Positions 19,090 through 32,228 of a stretch of DNA of 64,000 nt are shown here, piece by piece. Each line of letters starts with the position of its first letter. The first letter of the stretch is position 1. Under the pieces are notes generated by a model, which had not been told where the DNA came from, searched no databases, and saw only the letters and a program-made list of their open reading frames with translations. The position numbers were made by a program, and so were the translations under genes. This stretch comes from Candidatus Omnitrophota bacterium (lineage in GTDB: Bacteria; Omnitrophota; Gorgyraeia; Tantalellales; Tantalellaceae), in the NCBI GenBank assembly GCA_015231405.1, contig JADGBR010000001.1, positions 5,859-69,858 on the forward strand, given 5' to 3'.

Positions 19090-22000
19090 ATGATAAGAAG
19101 ACCTAATAAGTTCGATCTCGTTAAGATACAGCTGGCCTCACCTGATGTTATCGCCGGATGGGCGACCAGAAGGATAGGTAATAAGAACGTCCTCTTTGAG
19201 GTCAGGAAGCCCGAGACCATTAATTACAGGACCCTGAAGCCGGAAAGGGACGGACTTTTCTGCGAAAGGATATTCGGCCCCACAAAAGATTTTGAGTGTA
19301 ATTGCGGCAAGTACAAGAGGATAAAACATAAGGGGATAGTCTGCGACCGGTGCGGCGTCGAAGTCACGAAATCGAGTGTCAGGCGCGAAAGAATGGGTTG
19401 CATCAAACTTGCGGCCCCGGTCTCTCATGTCTGGTTCTTTAAGGCTATCCCTTCCAGGATGTCGAATCTCCTGGATATGAAAATGCGTGACATGGAGAGG
19501 ATACTCTACTACGAGCAGTATGTCGTCACAGATGCGGGAGAGACCCCTTTTAAGGTTCAGCAGATGCTGACCGAGGAACAGTACGATTCTGCGAGGGAAA
19601 AATACGGCAACAAGTTCAAAGCAGGGATGGGCGCTGAGGCTATCCGCGACATACTTGCCGCCCTTGACCTTGAATCCATATCCGCCGATCTCAAGGAGCA
19701 GATGGAAAAGAAACGGGATATCAACTCCCAGAAACGTATCACAAAAAGGTTGAAGATAGTGGAGAGTTTCAGGAAAAGCGGGAACGATCCAGCGTGGATG
19801 GTACTTGATATAATACCGGTTATACCGCCTGACCTCCGTCCTCTGGTGCCTCTTGACGGAGGAAGGTTCGCGACAAGCGACCTTAACGACCTGTACCGCA
19901 GGGTCATCAACAGGAATAACCGTTTGAAAAAACTGCTGGAGCTGAAAGCCCCGGAGGTCATAGTTCGCAACGAGAAACGGATGCTCCAGGAAGCGGTTGA
20001 CGCCCTTTTTGATAATGGCCGTCACGGGCGCGAGGTGCTCGGGTCCGGAGGAAGGCCGTTAAAATCGCTTGCCGATATGCTTAAGGGAAAACAGGGGCGT
20101 TTCAGGCAGAACCTTCTTGGAAAAAGGGTGGATTATTCGGGAAGAAGCGTTATCGTTATAGGCCCTGAATTGAAACTCCATGAATGCGGACTTCCTAAGG
20201 TCATGGCTCTGGAGCTTTTCCAGCCCTTCATTATCCGTAAACTCCGTGAAAAGGGTTTCGTTCATACCATTAAGAGCGCTAAAAAAATGGTACAACAGGA
20301 AAATCCGGAGGTTTGGGATATCCTTGATGAGGTCATCCAGGACCATCACGTCCTGCTCAACAGGGCGCCAACGCTTCACAGGTTGGGTATCCAGGCATTC
20401 CAGCCGCGGCTTATAGAAGGTAAGGCTATCCGTATACATCCTCTCGTTTGCGCTGCTTTTAACGCGGACTTCGACGGCGACCAGATGGCCGTGCATGTGC
20501 CTTTATCGTTCGAGTCCCAGATGGAAGCTAGACTAATAATGAACGCGGCCAATAATATTTTCAGCGCTTCCAACGGCCGGCCTATCGCGACCCCGTCACA
20601 GGATATAGTGCTCGGGCTTTATTATCTGACGAAAATGAAGATAGGCGCCATGGGAGAAGGTATCATGTTTGCCGACCTTCCGGAAGTTATCATGGCTTTC
20701 CAGGACAAACAGGTAGAGAAACACGCAAAGATCAAAGTAAGGGTTAAAGGCGAGATCATAGAGACTACAGTTGGAAGGGTGATCTTCAATGACATACTTC
20801 CCGAAGGAATGGATTTTTATAACGAGAATATGTCCAAAGGTGCTATAAGCAGGGTCATATCAGACTGTTACAGGCTGAAAGGCCATATGATAACCGTGGA
20901 TCTGCTCGATAAACTGAAATCGCTTGGATTTGAGGAATCTACACTTTCCGGAGCGTCAATGTCCGTAGGCGATGTGTGCGTGCCTGAGGAGAAAAAGGAA
21001 AGGGTCAAGAAGGCCCAGCAGGAAGTTGATAAGATACAGGCACAGTACCAGAGAGGTCTGATAACGGAAGGCGAACGTTACAACAAGATCATAGATATCT
21101 GGACGCATGTTACGGAAGACATTTCTAACCTGGTTTTCAGACATCTTGACGCATTCAACCCGGTATTTATGATGGCGGATTCCGGCGCCAGGGGATCCAG
21201 GCAGCAGATACGTCAGCTTGCCGGCATGAGGGGTCTCATGGCCAAGCCTTCGGGAGCCATTATCGAGACGCCGATCATCGCTAACTTCCGTGAAGGTCTT
21301 ACGGTTCTGGAGTATTTCATATCGTCTCACGGAGCCCGTAAAGGTCTTGCCGATACGGCGCTTAAGACGGCCGATTCAGGTTATCTGACAAGGCGTCTTG
21401 TGGATGTCGCCCAGGAAGTGATAATCAACGAGGATGATTGCGGAACATTGAACGGTATAACCGCCGAAGCCATAGTCGAGGGCGATGAAATGGTAATAAC
21501 CCTCGAGGAGCGCATAGTCGGGAGAGTCGCGCTGGATAACGTGGTCGATATTATTACGGACGAGGTAATTCTCAAAGCCGGTGACGTCATTGACCACATT
21601 ACGGCGAAGAAGGTCATGGCAACCGGACTCGAAAAAATAAGGATAAGAAGCGTACTGACATGCGAGTCCGAGAAGGGAGTTTGCTCGAAATGTTACGGCA
21701 GAAACCTTGCGTCCGGTAAACTTGCCGAGCTCGGTGAGGCCGTCGGGGTCGTGGCGGCGCAGTCCATAGGCGAACCCGGTACTCAGCTTACCATGAGGAC
21801 TTTTCATATAGGTGGTACTGCCTCGAGGATAGTCGAACAGTCCTTCTATAAAACGAAAGAGGACGGGTTCATGAAATTCCATAACCTCAAGACGGTCGAG
21901 GTTGAGCCCGGTAAAATAGTTGTCCTCAACAGGAATGGGCAGATAAGCATCAATGAGGAGGACGGTCGCGAGATCGAAAGACAGGCGATACCCCAGGGTT

Positions 22001-23142
22001 CCACGATTTTCTTCAAGGATGGGGAGATCGTAAAGAAAGGCAATAAATACGCGGAATGGGAACCTTATACCGTACCTATATTGACGGAGCATCCCGGAAA
22101 GGTCCAGTATGAGGACATTAAGGATAACGTGACCGTGAAGATAGAAAGGGATGAGGCTACGGGCCTTTCCAGTTTCGTTGTAGTGAGCACGAAAGAGGAC
22201 CTCCACCCGCAGCTTCTTCTGACTACCCTTGACGGAGATGTAGAGGCGATATATCCTCTTCCCGTCGGAGCGCATATCGTGGTAAAGGACAACCAGACAG
22301 TCAGGGCCGGCGAGATACTTGCGAAGACACCGCGCGTTATGACCAAGACGAAGGATATAACCGGTGGTCTTCCTCGTGTCGCGGAACTCTTCGAAGCAAG
22401 GAAGCCCAAAGACCCGTCTATAATCAGCGAGATCGACGGTCATGTCGAGTTCGGTGAGACCAAGAAAGGCCAGAAACGCATAGTCATTGAGAGCGAGACC
22501 GGGATGAAAAAAGAATACATAATTCCTCACGGAAAACATCTCAACGTCTATAGAGGAGATTCCGTAAAGTCAGGAGAGCAGCTTGTGGACGGTCCGGTTG
22601 TTTTACAGGATATTCTCAGAGTGTCCGGAGAGCAACAACTCCAGAATTATCTCGTTAACGAGGTTCAGCAGGTTTACAGGCTTCAGGGCGTGCATATTAA
22701 TGACAAGCACATAGAGGTAATTGTCCGCCAGATGCTTAAGAACGTGCGCATAACCGTTCCGGGAGATTCGGAATTCCTTCTCGGGGATAAAGTCGATAAA
22801 TGCATTTTTAGAAGGGCCAACAGGGAACTTATAAAGAAAAAGAAAAGGCCCGCTCAGGCCGAACCTATTCTGCAAGGCATAACTAAAGCTTCTTTGACGA
22901 CGGAAAGTTTTATTTCCGCCGCTAGTTTCCAGGAAACGACACGCGTTTTGACGGAAGCGGCTACAATGGGCAAGGTGGATTATCTTGTAGGTCTCAAGGA
23001 AAATATCATAATGGGGCATCTTATCCCGGCAGGTACCGGGTTTGAGTGTCACAGGGATATAAACATCGACAGGGAAATATTGATGGATATCCAGAAAGAA
23101 AAAGAAAAAGAAAAGATCCCCAAAGAAATTGAAACTGAATAA
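19090..23142 (+). CDS. rpoC: DNA-directed RNA polymerase subunit beta' (unsplit)
   Basis: 1350 aa; zinc-binding CxC...C motif at N-terminus, NADFDGD catalytic motif. Confidence 0.97.
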   Translation: MIRRPNKFDLVKIQLASPDVIAGWATRRIGNKNVLFEVRKPETINYRTLKPERDGLFCERIFGPTKDFECNCGKYKRIKHKGIVCDRCGVEVTKSSVRRERMGCIKLAAPVSHVWFFKAIPSRMSNLLDMKMRDMERILYYEQYVVTDAGETPFKVQQMLTEEQYDSAREKYGNKFKAGMGAEAIRDILAALDLESISADLKEQMEKKRDINSQKRITKRLKIVESFRKSGNDPAWMVLDIIPVIPPDLRPLVPLDGGRFATSDLNDLYRRVINRNNRLKKLLELKAPEVIVRNEKRMLQEAVDALFDNGRHGREVLGSGGRPLKSLADMLKGKQGRFRQNLLGKRVDYSGRSVIVIGPELKLHECGLPKVMALELFQPFIIRKLREKGFVHTIKSAKKMVQQENPEVWDILDEVIQDHHVLLNRAPTLHRLGIQAFQPRLIEGKAIRIHPLVCAAFNADFDGDQMAVHVPLSFESQMEARLIMNAANNIFSASNGRPIATPSQDIVLGLYYLTKMKIGAMGEGIMFADLPEVIMAFQDKQVEKHAKIKVRVKGEIIETTVGRVIFNDILPEGMDFYNENMSKGAISRVISDCYRLKGHMITVDLLDKLKSLGFEESTLSGASMSVGDVCVPEEKKERVKKAQQEVDKIQAQYQRGLITEGERYNKIIDIWTHVTEDISNLVFRHLDAFNPVFMMADSGARGSRQQIRQLAGMRGLMAKPSGAIIETPIIANFREGLTVLEYFISSHGARKGLADTALKTADSGYLTRRLVDVAQEVIINEDDCGTLNGITAEAIVEGDEMVITLEERIVGRVALDNVVDIITDEVILKAGDVIDHITAKKVMATGLEKIRIRSVLTCESEKGVCSKCYGRNLASGKLAELGEAVGVVAAQSIGEPGTQLTMRTFHIGGTASRIVEQSFYKTKEDGFMKFHNLKTVEVEPGKIVVLNRNGQISINEEDGREIERQAIPQGSTIFFKDGEIVKKGNKYAEWEPYTVPILTEHPGKVQYEDIKDNVTVKIERDEATGLSSFVVVSTKEDLHPQLLLTTLDGDVEAIYPLPVGAHIVVKDNQTVRAGEILAKTPRVMTKTKDITGGLPRVAELFEARKPKDPSIISEIDGHVEFGETKKGQKRIVIESETGMKKEYIIPHGKHLNVYRGDSVKSGEQLVDGPVVLQDILRVSGEQQLQNYLVNEVQQVYRLQGVHINDKHIEVIVRQMLKNVRITVPGDSEFLLGDKVDKCIFRRANRELIKKKKRPAQAEPILQGITKASLTTESFISAASFQETTRVLTEAATMGKVDYLVGLKENIIMGHLIPAGTGFECHRDINIDREILMDIQKEKEKEKIPKEIETE

Positions 23143-23165
23143 GACAAAAAAGGAAGAAGTGAAAT

Positions 23166-23543
23166 ATGCCTACGATCAATCAGCTTATCAGGAAAGGTAG
23201 AAAGCAGGTAAAATGGAAAAGCAAGTCGCCCGCGCTGATGTCCTGCCCCCAGAGAAGGGGTGTTTGTCTCCAGGTCAGGACGAGGACGCCAAAGAAGCCG
23301 AACTCGGCGCTCAGAAAGGTAGCGAGGGTAAGGCTCACCAACAGGATGGAAGTAACGGCATATATACCGGGTGAAGGGCACAACCTGCAGGAACATTCCA
23401 TTGTTACGATAAGAGGCGGAAGGGTCAAGGACCTTCCGGGCGTACGCTATCATATTATCAGGGGAACTCTTGACGCCTCAGGCGTCGAGGCAAGAAGACA
23501 GGGCAGATCCAAATACGGTGCGAAGAGGCCGAAAAAACAATAA
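23166..23543 (+). CDS. rpsL: 30S ribosomal protein S12
   Basis: [11 protein letters not shown]...[11 protein letters not shown] signature. Confidence 0.97.
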   Translation: MPTINQLIRKGRKQVKWKSKSPALMSCPQRRGVCLQVRTRTPKKPNSALRKVARVRLTNRMEVTAYIPGEGHNLQEHSIVTIRGGRVKDLPGVRYHIIRGTLDASGVEARRQGRSKYGAKRPKKQ

Positions 23544-23562
23544 CGAAAGGTAAGGGAGCATA

Positions 23563-24033
23563 ATGAGAAGACGACAAGCCGAAAAAAGGGAACCATTACC
23601 AGATCCTAAATACAGGAGCAAGCTGCTCGGGAAATTTATTAACATGGTAATGCTCCAGGGGAAAAAATCAACCGCGGAACATATAGTATACGGCGCCCTT
23701 GACGCCATAAAGGAAAAGGTCAAGGACAAGGATCCCCTAGAGGTCCTGACAGCCGCTATTGAGAATGTTCGGCCTCTTGTAGAGGTTAAATCAAGAAGGA
23801 TAGGCGGCGCGACTTATCAGGTTCCAGTGGAAGTTAAACAGGATCGCGGTAGGTTCATAGCCATGAGGTGGATAAGGGATTTTGCGAGGACACAGAAAGG
23901 CAAGGCTATGGGTGAGAAGCTGGCCTTTGAACTTTTGTCCGCCTATAATAAGGAAGGCGCCGCTGTGAAAAAACGTGAAGATACTCACAAAATGGCCGAG
24001 GCTAATAAGGCTTTCGCGCATTACAGGTGGTAA
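23563..24033 (+). CDS. rpsG: 30S ribosomal protein S7
   Basis: Conserved S7; str operon position. Confidence 0.95.
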   Translation: MRRRQAEKREPLPDPKYRSKLLGKFINMVMLQGKKSTAEHIVYGALDAIKEKVKDKDPLEVLTAAIENVRPLVEVKSRRIGGATYQVPVEVKQDRGRFIAMRWIRDFARTQKGKAMGEKLAFELLSAYNKEGAAVKKREDTHKMAEANKAFAHYRW

Positions 24034-24053
24034 CACCATAGAAAAGAGGAAAA

Positions 24054-26123
24054 ATGGAAGATATTAAAAATCTAAGAAATATTGGGATCATAGCTCACAT
24101 TGACGCCGGTAAAACGACTTGTACGGAAAGGATCCTATTTTATACGGGAAAAACCTACAAGCTTGGCGAGGTGCATGACGGTACGGCTGTCATGGACTGG
24201 ATGGCGCAGGAACAGGAAAGAGGTATTACCATTACAAGCGCGGTTACGACATGTAACTGGAAAGACAAGAAGATCAACATTATAGATACGCCCGGTCATG
24301 TCGATTTTACGATCGAGGTCGAGCGTTCTCTTAAAGTTCTCGACGGTGCCCTGGTCGTCTTCTGCGCGGTAGGCGGTGTTCAGCCGCAGACTGAGACCGT
24401 TTGGCGGCAGGCTGATCATTATGAGGTCCCTAAAATAGCTTTTGTCAATAAAATGGACAGGGTAGGCGCCGATTTCTTCAAAACGCTCATCGATATGCAC
24501 AAAAAACTCGGCGCTAACGCAACTCCTATACAGATCCCTATCGGGAGTGAGGATAAATTTATCGGCGTTATAGATCTCGTTGAATTCAAGGCTTATTTTT
24601 TTGATGAAGACGGGGACCTCGGAAAATTCCTTCCGAAAGAAATTCCCGCTGACATGCTGGAAGTCGCCACTCATTGGAGGCATAACCTGGTCGAAAAGAT
24701 CGCCGATGTTGATCCCGAAGTTGAAGATCTTTATCTTCACGACGCTAAGATCGAGGCCGAAGATCTGAAACGCTATATCCGGAGGGTCACCTGCAAGAAT
24801 CTTTTTGTGCCAGTTTTCTGCGGCGCAGCCCTTAAGAATAAAGGCGTTAAGCCCGCGCTCGACGCCGTGTGCGAATATCTCCCTTCGCCTCTTGACGTCA
24901 AACCTCCGAAAGCGAGGCATCCCGAAACAGAGCAGGAGATCGACATCACTCCTGATCCGAAAAAACCACTTTGCGCGTACGCGTATAAAATAATGACGGA
25001 TCCGTTCGTCGGGACGATAACCTTTACCAGGATATATTCGGGATCCATGAAGTCCGGGACTTATGTTCATAATACGACATCCGACAAAAAGGAAAGGCTG
25101 GCACAGATACTTAGGATGCACGCGGATCAGAAGGAAATAATCAGTGATGCCGAGGCCGGTATGATAGTCGGTTTGGTAGGGCTAAAACATACAACGACAG
25201 GACACACTTTATGCGATCCCGCGCATCCTGTGGCGTTAGACAGAATAAAATATCCAGAACCTGTTATATCGATGTCGATCGAGCCGGAGACAAGGGCGGA
25301 TCAGGACAAAATGGGGATGGGGCTCAGAAAACTCGAGAGTGAAGATCCTACATTTAAGGTCAAGTATGACAATGAAACCGGTGAAAATATTATAAGTGGG
25401 ATGGGCGAACTTCATCTTGAAATAATTTTGGACCGGCTTAAGAGAGAGTTCAATGTTAAGTCAAAAGTAGGAAGCCCTCAGGTCGCTTATCGTGAAACTA
25501 TAACGCAGTCTGTTTCGTCAACCGGGAAATTCATACAACAATCCGGCGGAAGAGGTCAGTATGGGCATGTAGAGCTCAGGCTTGAACCCGGAGAAAAAGG
25601 CCTGGGTATAGTTTTCGAGAACGAGATAAAAGGCGGCGCTATCCCGAGAGAATATTTCAAGCCCATCGAGGCCGGAATAAGACAAGCCGCTGCGACAGGC
25701 GTGGTTGCAGGGTTTCCGGTTACCGATGTCAAAATAACGTTGTATGACGGATCTTTCCATGAAGTTGATTCTTCGGAACTAGCGTTCTCTAACGCGTCAA
25801 GTATAGGATTTAAACAGGGAGTGCAGAAAGCGAAGCCGATACTTCTGGAGCCCATCATGAAACTTGAAGTGACAACCCCGGACGATTATCTTGGGGATGT
25901 CATCGGTGATATGAATTCGAGAAGGATAAAGATCGAAAGCATAGATCAAAAGGGAACGACAAAGATAGTCGTAGGCGCCGCTCCACTCGCGCAGATGTTC
26001 GGGTACGCGACCGCATTAAGGAGCTTGACACAAGGACGCGCAACATATACAATGGAACCTTCTTATTACAAAGAAGTTCCCAGGGATATCATACAGAAGG
26101 TTTTTCCCGATATATATCAGTAA
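24054..26123 (+). CDS. fusA: elongation factor G
   Basis: [10 protein letters not shown]-loop, 689 aa, str operon position. Confidence 0.97.
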   Translation: MEDIKNLRNIGIIAHIDAGKTTCTERILFYTGKTYKLGEVHDGTAVMDWMAQEQERGITITSAVTTCNWKDKKINIIDTPGHVDFTIEVERSLKVLDGALVVFCAVGGVQPQTETVWRQADHYEVPKIAFVNKMDRVGADFFKTLIDMHKKLGANATPIQIPIGSEDKFIGVIDLVEFKAYFFDEDGDLGKFLPKEIPADMLEVATHWRHNLVEKIADVDPEVEDLYLHDAKIEAEDLKRYIRRVTCKNLFVPVFCGAALKNKGVKPALDAVCEYLPSPLDVKPPKARHPETEQEIDITPDPKKPLCAYAYKIMTDPFVGTITFTRIYSGSMKSGTYVHNTTSDKKERLAQILRMHADQKEIISDAEAGMIVGLVGLKHTTTGHTLCDPAHPVALDRIKYPEPVISMSIEPETRADQDKMGMGLRKLESEDPTFKVKYDNETGENIISGMGELHLEIILDRLKREFNVKSKVGSPQVAYRETITQSVSSTGKFIQQSGGRGQYGHVELRLEPGEKGLGIVFENEIKGGAIPREYFKPIEAGIRQAAATGVVAGFPVTDVKITLYDGSFHEVDSSELAFSNASSIGFKQGVQKAKPILLEPIMKLEVTTPDDYLGDVIGDMNSRRIKIESIDQKGTTKIVVGAAPLAQMFGYATALRSLTQGRATYTMEPSYYKEVPRDIIQKVFPDIYQ

Positions 26124-26130
26124 AAACCCA

Positions 26131-27365
26131 AGGAGGACTTGTTATGGCAAAAGCGAAATTTGAAAGAAATAAACCGCATATGAACATAGGGACGATCGGA
26201 CATGTTGACCATGGGAAGACATCGCTGACATCCGTGATAACTATGTATCTCGCCAATAAAGGCATGGCGGAAAGAAGGAACTATGACACGATCGACAAGG
26301 CTCCGGAAGAAAGGGAAAGAGGCATAACGATCGCGGTCGCGCATGTTGAGTATGAGACCGTGAAAAGGCATTATGCGCACATAGATTGTCCGGGTCACGC
26401 TGACTACATCAAGAACATGATAACGGGCGCGGCGCAGATGGACGGGGCTATACTGGTAGTGTCGGCCGCGGACGGTCCGATGCCGCAGACGAGGGAGCAC
26501 ATACTTCTTGCCAGGCAGGTCAACGTGCCTGCGATAGTCGTGTGTATGAATAAAGTGGACCAGGTAGACGATCCGGAGCTTTTGGACCTTGTGGAGCTTG
26601 AGGTGAGGGAACTGTTGAATAAGTACGGTTTCCCCGGCGACACGACTCCGATAATAAAGGGAAGCGCGCTAAAGGCGCTTGAGGTTGAAGGAGCGGTCGA
26701 CAGCCCGCACTGCAAATTCATCCAGGAGCTGATGGACGCGTGCGACGCGTTCATACCGCAGCCGGTCCGTGAAATAGAGAAGCCGTTCCTGATGCCGATA
26801 GAGGACATATTCAGCATAACGGGAAGAGGCACCGTCGCCACCGGCAGGATCGAGAGGGGCCAGGTTAAGGTCGGCGAGGAAATAGAGATAGTAGGAATAA
26901 AGGACACGGTCAAGTCGGTAGTCACGGGAGTCGAGATGTTCAGGAAGATACTTGACTCGGGTCAGGCCGGAGATAATGTCGGGATACTTTTAAGGGGTAT
27001 AGATAAGACGAACCTGGTAAGAGGGCAGGTATTAGCCGCGCCGGGTTCGATAAAGCCGCACAAGAGGTTCAAGGCGTCGATATACATACTGTCGAAAGAG
27101 GAAGGCGGAAGACATACGCCGTTCTTCGCGGGATACAGGCCGCAGTTCTACATAAGGACGACGGACGTGACGGGTATGACGAAGCTGCCCGCGGGCGTGG
27201 AGATGGTAATGCCGGGCGACAACATAGCGCTCGAGATAGAGTTGATAACTCCCGTCGCGCTCGAGAAAGAGCTGAGGTTCGCGATAAGGGAAGGCGGTCA
27301 TACGGTAGGGGCCGGAGTTATATCGGAGATTTTGGAATAAGCTCTCAGCCATCAGCTGAAAGCTG
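26131..27365. repeat. tuf-containing duplicated segment, copy 2
   Basis: See copy 1; one synonymous difference noticed (GAG at 11300..11302 vs GAA at the corresponding codon). Confidence 0.85.
26144..27340 (+). CDS. tuf: elongation factor Tu (copy 2)
   Basis: Protein identical to copy 1; canonical position after fusA. Confidence 0.97.
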   Translation: MAKAKFERNKPHMNIGTIGHVDHGKTSLTSVITMYLANKGMAERRNYDTIDKAPEERERGITIAVAHVEYETVKRHYAHIDCPGHADYIKNMITGAAQMDGAILVVSAADGPMPQTREHILLARQVNVPAIVVCMNKVDQVDDPELLDLVELEVRELLNKYGFPGDTTPIIKGSALKALEVEGAVDSPHCKFIQELMDACDAFIPQPVREIEKPFLMPIEDIFSITGRGTVATGRIERGQVKVGEEIEIVGIKDTVKSVVTGVEMFRKILDSGQAGDNVGILLRGIDKTNLVRGQVLAAPGSIKPHKRFKASIYILSKEEGGRHTPFFAGYRPQFYIRTTDVTGMTKLPAGVEMVMPGDNIALEIELITPVALEKELRFAIREGGHTVGAGVISEILE

Positions 27366-27382
27366 TTAGCTGTTAGCTAAAC
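27341..27382. repeat. degenerate heptamer tandem array (GCTCTCA GCCATCA GCTGAAA GCTGTTA GCTGTTA GCTAAAC)
   Basis: Six 7-nt GC....A units immediately after the tuf stop; the shorter homolog after tuf copy 1 is at 12032..12059. Confidence 0.7.
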
Positions 27383-27395
27383 AGGAGTAAAAGTA

Positions 27396-27713
27396 ATGGT
27401 AAAAAAGAAGCAGTCGGAAAAAATAAGATTAAAATTAAAATCGTTCGATCACGAGCTGTTGGATGTTTCAATGGCGGAGATCGTTGACACCGTCAAAAAG
27501 ACCGGCGCGACGATAGTCGGGCCGATACCTTTACCTACTAAGCATGAAATATTTACGGTGTTAAGGTCGCCGCATGTGGATAAAAAATCCAGGGAACAGT
27601 TCGAGCTCAAAACGCACAAAAGAATGTTGGATATACTTGAACCGACCGTTAAAACTATAGACTCCTTACGTAAATTGGATCTTCCGGCCGGCGTTGACGT
27701 GGAAATAAAGTAG
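27396..27713 (+). CDS. rpsJ: 30S ribosomal protein S10
   Basis: [14 protein letters not shown] signature. Confidence 0.95.
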   Translation: MVKKKQSEKIRLKLKSFDHELLDVSMAEIVDTVKKTGATIVGPIPLPTKHEIFTVLRSPHVDKKSREQFELKTHKRMLDILEPTVKTIDSLRKLDLPAGVDVEIK

Positions 27714-27721
27714 AGGATAAA

Positions 27722-28423
27722 ATGATTAAGGGATTGATCGGTAAAAAACTTGGAATGACGCAGATATTCACGGAATCAGGCGATAGTGTACCGGTTACGG
27801 TCATCGAGGTAGGTCCTTGCGTTGTACAAGCCGTCAGAGACAAGGAAAAGAACGGATATCTTGCCGTTCAGCTCGGGTTTATGGATGTCAAAGAGAAAAA
27901 GCTACGGAAGCCTCAAAGGGACGAGATCAAAGCGAAAGGTCTTCCTGCCAAAAGGCATGTCAGGGAAATAAGGTGCGATGTGCTTCCGGATATAAAGATC
28001 GGAGATAAGCTGACCGTTTCGATGTTCCAGGAAGGTGATTATATCGATGTACAGGGCATTTCAAAGGGAAAGGGTTACCAGGGTGGTATGAAACGCTGCG
28101 GATGGCTAGGTGGCTGTGAAACTCACGGTTCGATGTCGCACAGGGCACCGGGTTCGGTGGGCGCGAGTTCTTTCCCTTCGAAAGTTGACAGAGGCCACGG
28201 CGGCGCCGGACATATGGGAAGCGATAAAAAAACAATTCAAAATTTAAAGGTAATTAAAGTTGACACGGATCAGGATACGCTCCTGGTCAAGGGTTCCATT
28301 CCGGGATCTAATGGCACGGTGCTTGTGATCAAGTTCGCTAAAAAGAAAAAGTTAGCGCCGCGCGCGGTAAAAGCGGAAGTTAAGGAAAAAGAAGAAGGGA
28401 ACGACAAAGAAGGAAAAGCGTAA
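27722..28423 (+). CDS. rplC: 50S ribosomal protein L3
   Basis: Conserved L3; S10 operon order. Confidence 0.95.
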   Translation: MIKGLIGKKLGMTQIFTESGDSVPVTVIEVGPCVVQAVRDKEKNGYLAVQLGFMDVKEKKLRKPQRDEIKAKGLPAKRHVREIRCDVLPDIKIGDKLTVSMFQEGDYIDVQGISKGKGYQGGMKRCGWLGGCETHGSMSHRAPGSVGASSFPSKVDRGHGGAGHMGSDKKTIQNLKVIKVDTDQDTLLVKGSIPGSNGTVLVIKFAKKKKLAPRAVKAEVKEKEEGNDKEGKA

Positions 28424-28428
28424 TAATA

Positions 28429-29064
28429 ATGGAAGCGACTAAAACCAGATTATCCGTTTATGACCTTAAAGGTAAAGTAGTTGATTCGATCGAGCTTGAC
28501 GGTACACTCTTTGACGGTACGGTCAACAAGACACTGCTTTACGAGGTCGTTAAGATGTACCAGGCCAATGTCAGGCGTGGAACTCATTCTTCACTCACCA
28601 GGGCCGAGGTTGCCGGAGGCGGAGTAAAGCCGTGGCGGCAGAAAGGCACGGGAAGGGCGAGGGTCGGTTCCACCAGAAACCCGGTATGGCGTCATGGCGG
28701 TATCACTTTTGGACCTAAACCGCGTGATTATGAGTATACGATGCCGAAAAAGGCAATGAGAAAAGCTCTTTTGTCAAGCTTGAACGCGAGGCTTTCGGAA
28801 GAAATGATCATGCCGGTGGTAAAAGTTCAGCTCAAAGAAGCCAAGACCAAAGAAATGAAGCAGGTGCTTAACAATCTTAAGTTGACCGGTAAGACCCTAT
28901 TGGTAGTTGATGTTGTGGATGAGAACGTAAGGCGGGCGGCTCATAACCTTCAGGACCTTACGATGAAGGAAGGGCGTAATATCAACGCGAGGGATGTTCT
29001 TGTGAACGAACATATCCTTATAGAAAAAGAAGCGTTGGAAAAACTTGCGGAAAGGGTAAAATGA
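28429..29064 (+). CDS. rplD: 50S ribosomal protein L4
   Basis: Conserved L4; order. Confidence 0.93.
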   Translation: MEATKTRLSVYDLKGKVVDSIELDGTLFDGTVNKTLLYEVVKMYQANVRRGTHSSLTRAEVAGGGVKPWRQKGTGRARVGSTRNPVWRHGGITFGPKPRDYEYTMPKKAMRKALLSSLNARLSEEMIMPVVKVQLKEAKTKEMKQVLNNLKLTGKTLLVVDVVDENVRRAAHNLQDLTMKEGRNINARDVLVNEHILIEKEALEKLAERVK

Positions 29065-29339
29065 GAACAGCACAAAACATAATAATTAATTTGATCCGCA
29101 CCGAAAAAGGGTCGAACATGCTCGTTTTCAACAAATATTATTTTAAAGTTGATAAACGGTCAAATAAGATAGAGATACGGAACGCGGTCGAAGACCTTTA
29201 CAAGGTAAAGGTAAAGTCTGTCAATGTGATCACAATGAGGGGAAAAAAACGCAGGGTCAGGTTACATCAGGGCATGACTCCCACATGGAAGAAGGCCATT
29301 GTAACACTCTCTCCCGGAAGCAAGATCGAGGTAACTTAA
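29061..29339 (+). CDS. rplW: 50S ribosomal protein L23
   Basis: Conserved L23; order. Confidence 0.9.
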   Translation: MRTAQNIIINLIRTEKGSNMLVFNKYYFKVDKRSNKIEIRNAVEDLYKVKVKSVNVITMRGKKRRVRLHQGMTPTWKKAIVTLSPGSKIEVT

Positions 29340-29340
29340 A

Positions 29341-30165
29341 ATGGGTATTAAAAAATGTAAGCCGTTTACCGATGGTAGTAGATTTCACGAGAAATTGACC
29401 TACGAAGATATAACCAAGACAAAGCCCGAAAAGAGCCTTGTTATGTATATCAAGAAGACCGGAGGTCGTAATTTTTATGGTCGAATTACCTGTAGGGGCA
29501 AGGGCGGCGGGCATAAACGTCTTTACCGCATAATCGATTTTAATTACTCTAAAAAAGGCACTAACGGTCTTGTCGAGGCGATAGAGTACGATCCCAACAG
29601 GTCAGCTAACATAGCCCTTGTAAAGTATGATGACGGAGAGAAAAAATATCTTATTGCTCCGCAGGGAATAAAACCCGGAAGTGTTATTCAAAGTGGACCC
29701 GAAGTTAAGATCGAGATAGGCAATTCCACGGAACTTCGGAATATACCGTTAGGTACTGCGGTTTCATGTATTGAACTCAATCCCGGCAGGGGAGCTCAGA
29801 TAGCGCGTTCAGCCGGGATGGAGGGGATAGTCGCCGCTAAAGACGCGGGGAACGTTCATCTTAGGATGCCCAGCGGTGAAATACGGCTGGTCAAAGATAA
29901 TTGTTATGCGACTATCGGTAAAGTTGGGAATTTGGACCATGAGAAAGTATCCCTTGGAAAAGCGGGAAGATCCAGATATCTCGGCATACGCCCGAAATCA
30001 AGAGCTGTTGCGAAGAACCCGGTAGACCATCCGATGGGCGGAGGCGAAGGGAAGTCTTCCGGAGGAAGGCATCCGACCACTCCATGGGGAAAGATCACCA
30101 AAGGTTTGAAGACCAGAAAACAAAAGAAATCTTCTACTTTCAAAATAATTAAACGGAGGAAGTGA
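29341..30165 (+). CDS. rplB: 50S ribosomal protein L2
   Basis: Conserved L2 (GRNFYGRITCRGKGGGHKR). Confidence 0.96.
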   Translation: MGIKKCKPFTDGSRFHEKLTYEDITKTKPEKSLVMYIKKTGGRNFYGRITCRGKGGGHKRLYRIIDFNYSKKGTNGLVEAIEYDPNRSANIALVKYDDGEKKYLIAPQGIKPGSVIQSGPEVKIEIGNSTELRNIPLGTAVSCIELNPGRGAQIARSAGMEGIVAAKDAGNVHLRMPSGEIRLVKDNCYATIGKVGNLDHEKVSLGKAGRSRYLGIRPKSRAVAKNPVDHPMGGGEGKSSGGRHPTTPWGKITKGLKTRKQKKSSTFKIIKRRK

Positions 30166-30168
30166 TAA

Positions 30169-30453
30169 ATGTCAAGGTCGGTAAAAAAAGGCCCGTTCGT
30201 CGATAAGAACCTTATGGAAAAGATCATGAAGCTTAACGAGAAAGGTTCGAAGAAGCCTATTAAAACTTGGTCTAGAAGGTCAACGGTCCTTCCTGATTTC
30301 GTTGGGTTGACGATTATGATCCACGACGGCAAAAAATTCCATTCCGTTTTTATAACTGAGAATATGGTAGGTCATAAACTCGGCGAATTCGCGCCTACCA
30401 GGGTTTTCAGAGCTCACGGAAACGCGACGAAGATATCACTTGAGAAAACTTAG
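30169..30453 (+). CDS. rpsS: 30S ribosomal protein S19
   Basis: Conserved S19. Confidence 0.95.
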   Translation: MSRSVKKGPFVDKNLMEKIMKLNEKGSKKPIKTWSRRSTVLPDFVGLTIMIHDGKKFHSVFITENMVGHKLGEFAPTRVFRAHGNATKISLEKT

Positions 30454-30468
30454 TAACTAGGAGAAAAA

Positions 30469-30927
30469 ATGCTCGCTACATCAACAGCAAAAGCGAAATG
30501 GGTCAGGATATCGTGGCGCAAGGTAGGGTTGGTACTTGCGCTTATAAAAGGAAAAACGGTAGATAAAGCTAACGCGATACTTGAAGCTACGAATAAAAGA
30601 GCTACCGTGCCCGTCAGAAAGGTCATCATGTCGGCGTTCGCGAATATCAACCACGACCGGCAGGAAAAGCTTCTGGAAAAAGAGGTTGTTGTCAAAACCA
30701 TTAAGGCAGATGACGGCCCTATGTTAAAAAGGTATAGAGCCGCCACGATGGGAAGAGCAACGCCTATACGGCACAGAACCGCACATATTTCGGTTCAACT
30801 CGAGGCCGTTGAAAAGATCGAAAAAACTGAAAAAAACGAAAAAACTGAAAAAGCCGATAAGGCCGAAAATACCGTGAAAAAACCATTAAAAGCCGTAGGT
30901 ACAACAAAAAAATCGGAGAAAAAATAA
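30469..30927 (+). CDS. rplV: 50S ribosomal protein L22 (with K/E-rich C-terminal extension)
   Basis: L22 core plus EKIEKTEKNEKTEKADKAENTVKK tail encoded by short tandem DNA repeats. Confidence 0.9.
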   Translation: MLATSTAKAKWVRISWRKVGLVLALIKGKTVDKANAILEATNKRATVPVRKVIMSAFANINHDRQEKLLEKEVVVKTIKADDGPMLKRYRAATMGRATPIRHRTAHISVQLEAVEKIEKTEKNEKTEKADKAENTVKKPLKAVGTTKKSEKK

Positions 30928-30928
30928 T

Positions 30929-31612
30929 ATGGGGCAGAAAGTTAATCCTATTAGTTTCAGGTTAGGCGCCACACAGGATTGGAAGTCAAGATGGTACGCG
31001 GATAAGTCAACGTTCGCGAAGAATATTCTTGAAGATTCCCTGATCCGTAAGGTCATTGAAAAAGAAATTACTACCGCTATGGTCTCACAGGTAGAGATCG
31101 AGAGGGCTTCTAAACGGACAAGGGTTGTGATCCACGCGGGAAGGCCCGGAATGATCATCGGCCGAGGAGGAACTCAGATCGAACTTTTGAGGGGGGCTAT
31201 CCAGGATATAATCGGCGATGAGAACAAACTTGTCATTGATATAAAGGAAGTTCCCAATACGGCTATGGATGCAAAATGCGTTGCGGATAATATAGCTCTG
31301 CAGCTCGTAAAAAGGATGCCTTTCAGGCGGGCCATGAAAAGGGCCATACAATCAGTTAAAGACGCGGGCGGTGAAGGGATAAAAATACGATGTGCGGGGC
31401 GCCTTGGAGGCGCGGAAATTGCGCGCGCTGAGAACTACAAGTTCGGAAAAATACCGCTTCAGACCATTAGGGCTGATATTGATTATGGTTTTACCGAAGC
31501 AAAGACCACATTCGGCCTGATCGGCATAAAGGTTTGGATATATAAGGGCGAAAAGTTCAACAGAGGAATCCGTTCTAAAAAAGAAACCGAAGAAAACAAG
31601 GTTAAGGGGTAA
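30929..31612 (+). CDS. rpsC: 30S ribosomal protein S3
   Basis: KH domain and conserved S3 core. Confidence 0.95.
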   Translation: MGQKVNPISFRLGATQDWKSRWYADKSTFAKNILEDSLIRKVIEKEITTAMVSQVEIERASKRTRVVIHAGRPGMIIGRGGTQIELLRGAIQDIIGDENKLVIDIKEVPNTAMDAKCVADNIALQLVKRMPFRRAMKRAIQSVKDAGGEGIKIRCAGRLGGAEIARAENYKFGKIPLQTIRADIDYGFTEAKTTFGLIGIKVWIYKGEKFNRGIRSKKETEENKVKG

Positions 31613-31617
31613 GCGAC

Positions 31618-32031
31618 ATGGCTATGATGCCCAAAAGAGTGAAATACAGAAAGCAGCAGAAAGGCCGGAGGAAAGGGATGAGCCTTGCCGCCAGCACTAT
31701 TAATTTCGGTGAGTTCGCCCTTAAAGCCCTTGAAAGCGCATGGGTTACAGACAGGCAGATCGAGGCCGCGAGGGTCGCGATACAGAGGAAGACAGGAAGG
31801 ATCGGTAATTTATGGATAAGGATCTTCCCTGATAAACCTATAACACAAAGGCCCGCAGAGACCAGGATGGGAAAAGGGAAGGGTGCGCCGTCAGGCTGGG
31901 TGGCAAACGTACGGAAAGGAAGGATACTTTTCGAGCTTGAGGGAGTTCCTCTCAACATGGCAAGGGAAGCTTTTAGACTATCATCTCATAAACTTCCCAT
32001 ACAGACAAAATTTATAGTCAGGGGGGCATAA
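31618..32031 (+). CDS. rplP: 50S ribosomal protein L16
   Basis: [14 protein letters not shown] signature. Confidence 0.95.
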   Translation: MAMMPKRVKYRKQQKGRRKGMSLAASTINFGEFALKALESAWVTDRQIEAARVAIQRKTGRIGNLWIRIFPDKPITQRPAETRMGKGKGAPSGWVANVRKGRILFELEGVPLNMAREAFRLSSHKLPIQTKFIVRGA

Positions 32032-32033
32032 AA

Positions 32034-32228
32034 GTGAAGGCCATAGAATTAAGGAATATGACGGAAGCCGAGATCGAACATACGGCTAGAACTTTGAGGG
32101 AAAAATACTTCGAGCTTCGGGCAGAGTTCGCTACCGGCAGGATCGAAAGGCCCCACAGACTTGGACAAATGAAAAAAGATCTGGCCAGGTGCTATACAAT
32201 ATTAAAGGAGAAGAAAAGTGGCAAATAA
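32034..32228 (+). CDS. rpmC: 50S ribosomal protein L29
   Basis: 64 aa, L29-like; GTG start; order. Confidence 0.85.
   Translation: MKAIELRNMTEAEIEHTARTLREKYFELRAEFATGRIERPHRLGQMKKDLARCYTILKEKKSGK

Noticed and set aside
19138-22539. Long minus-strand ORFs (295 aa, 387 aa) inside rpoC; similar ones antisense to fusA (24135..25121) and rpoA (41292..42161)
   Set aside because: Antisense to strongly conserved genes; no recognisable domains; codon-bias artefacts.
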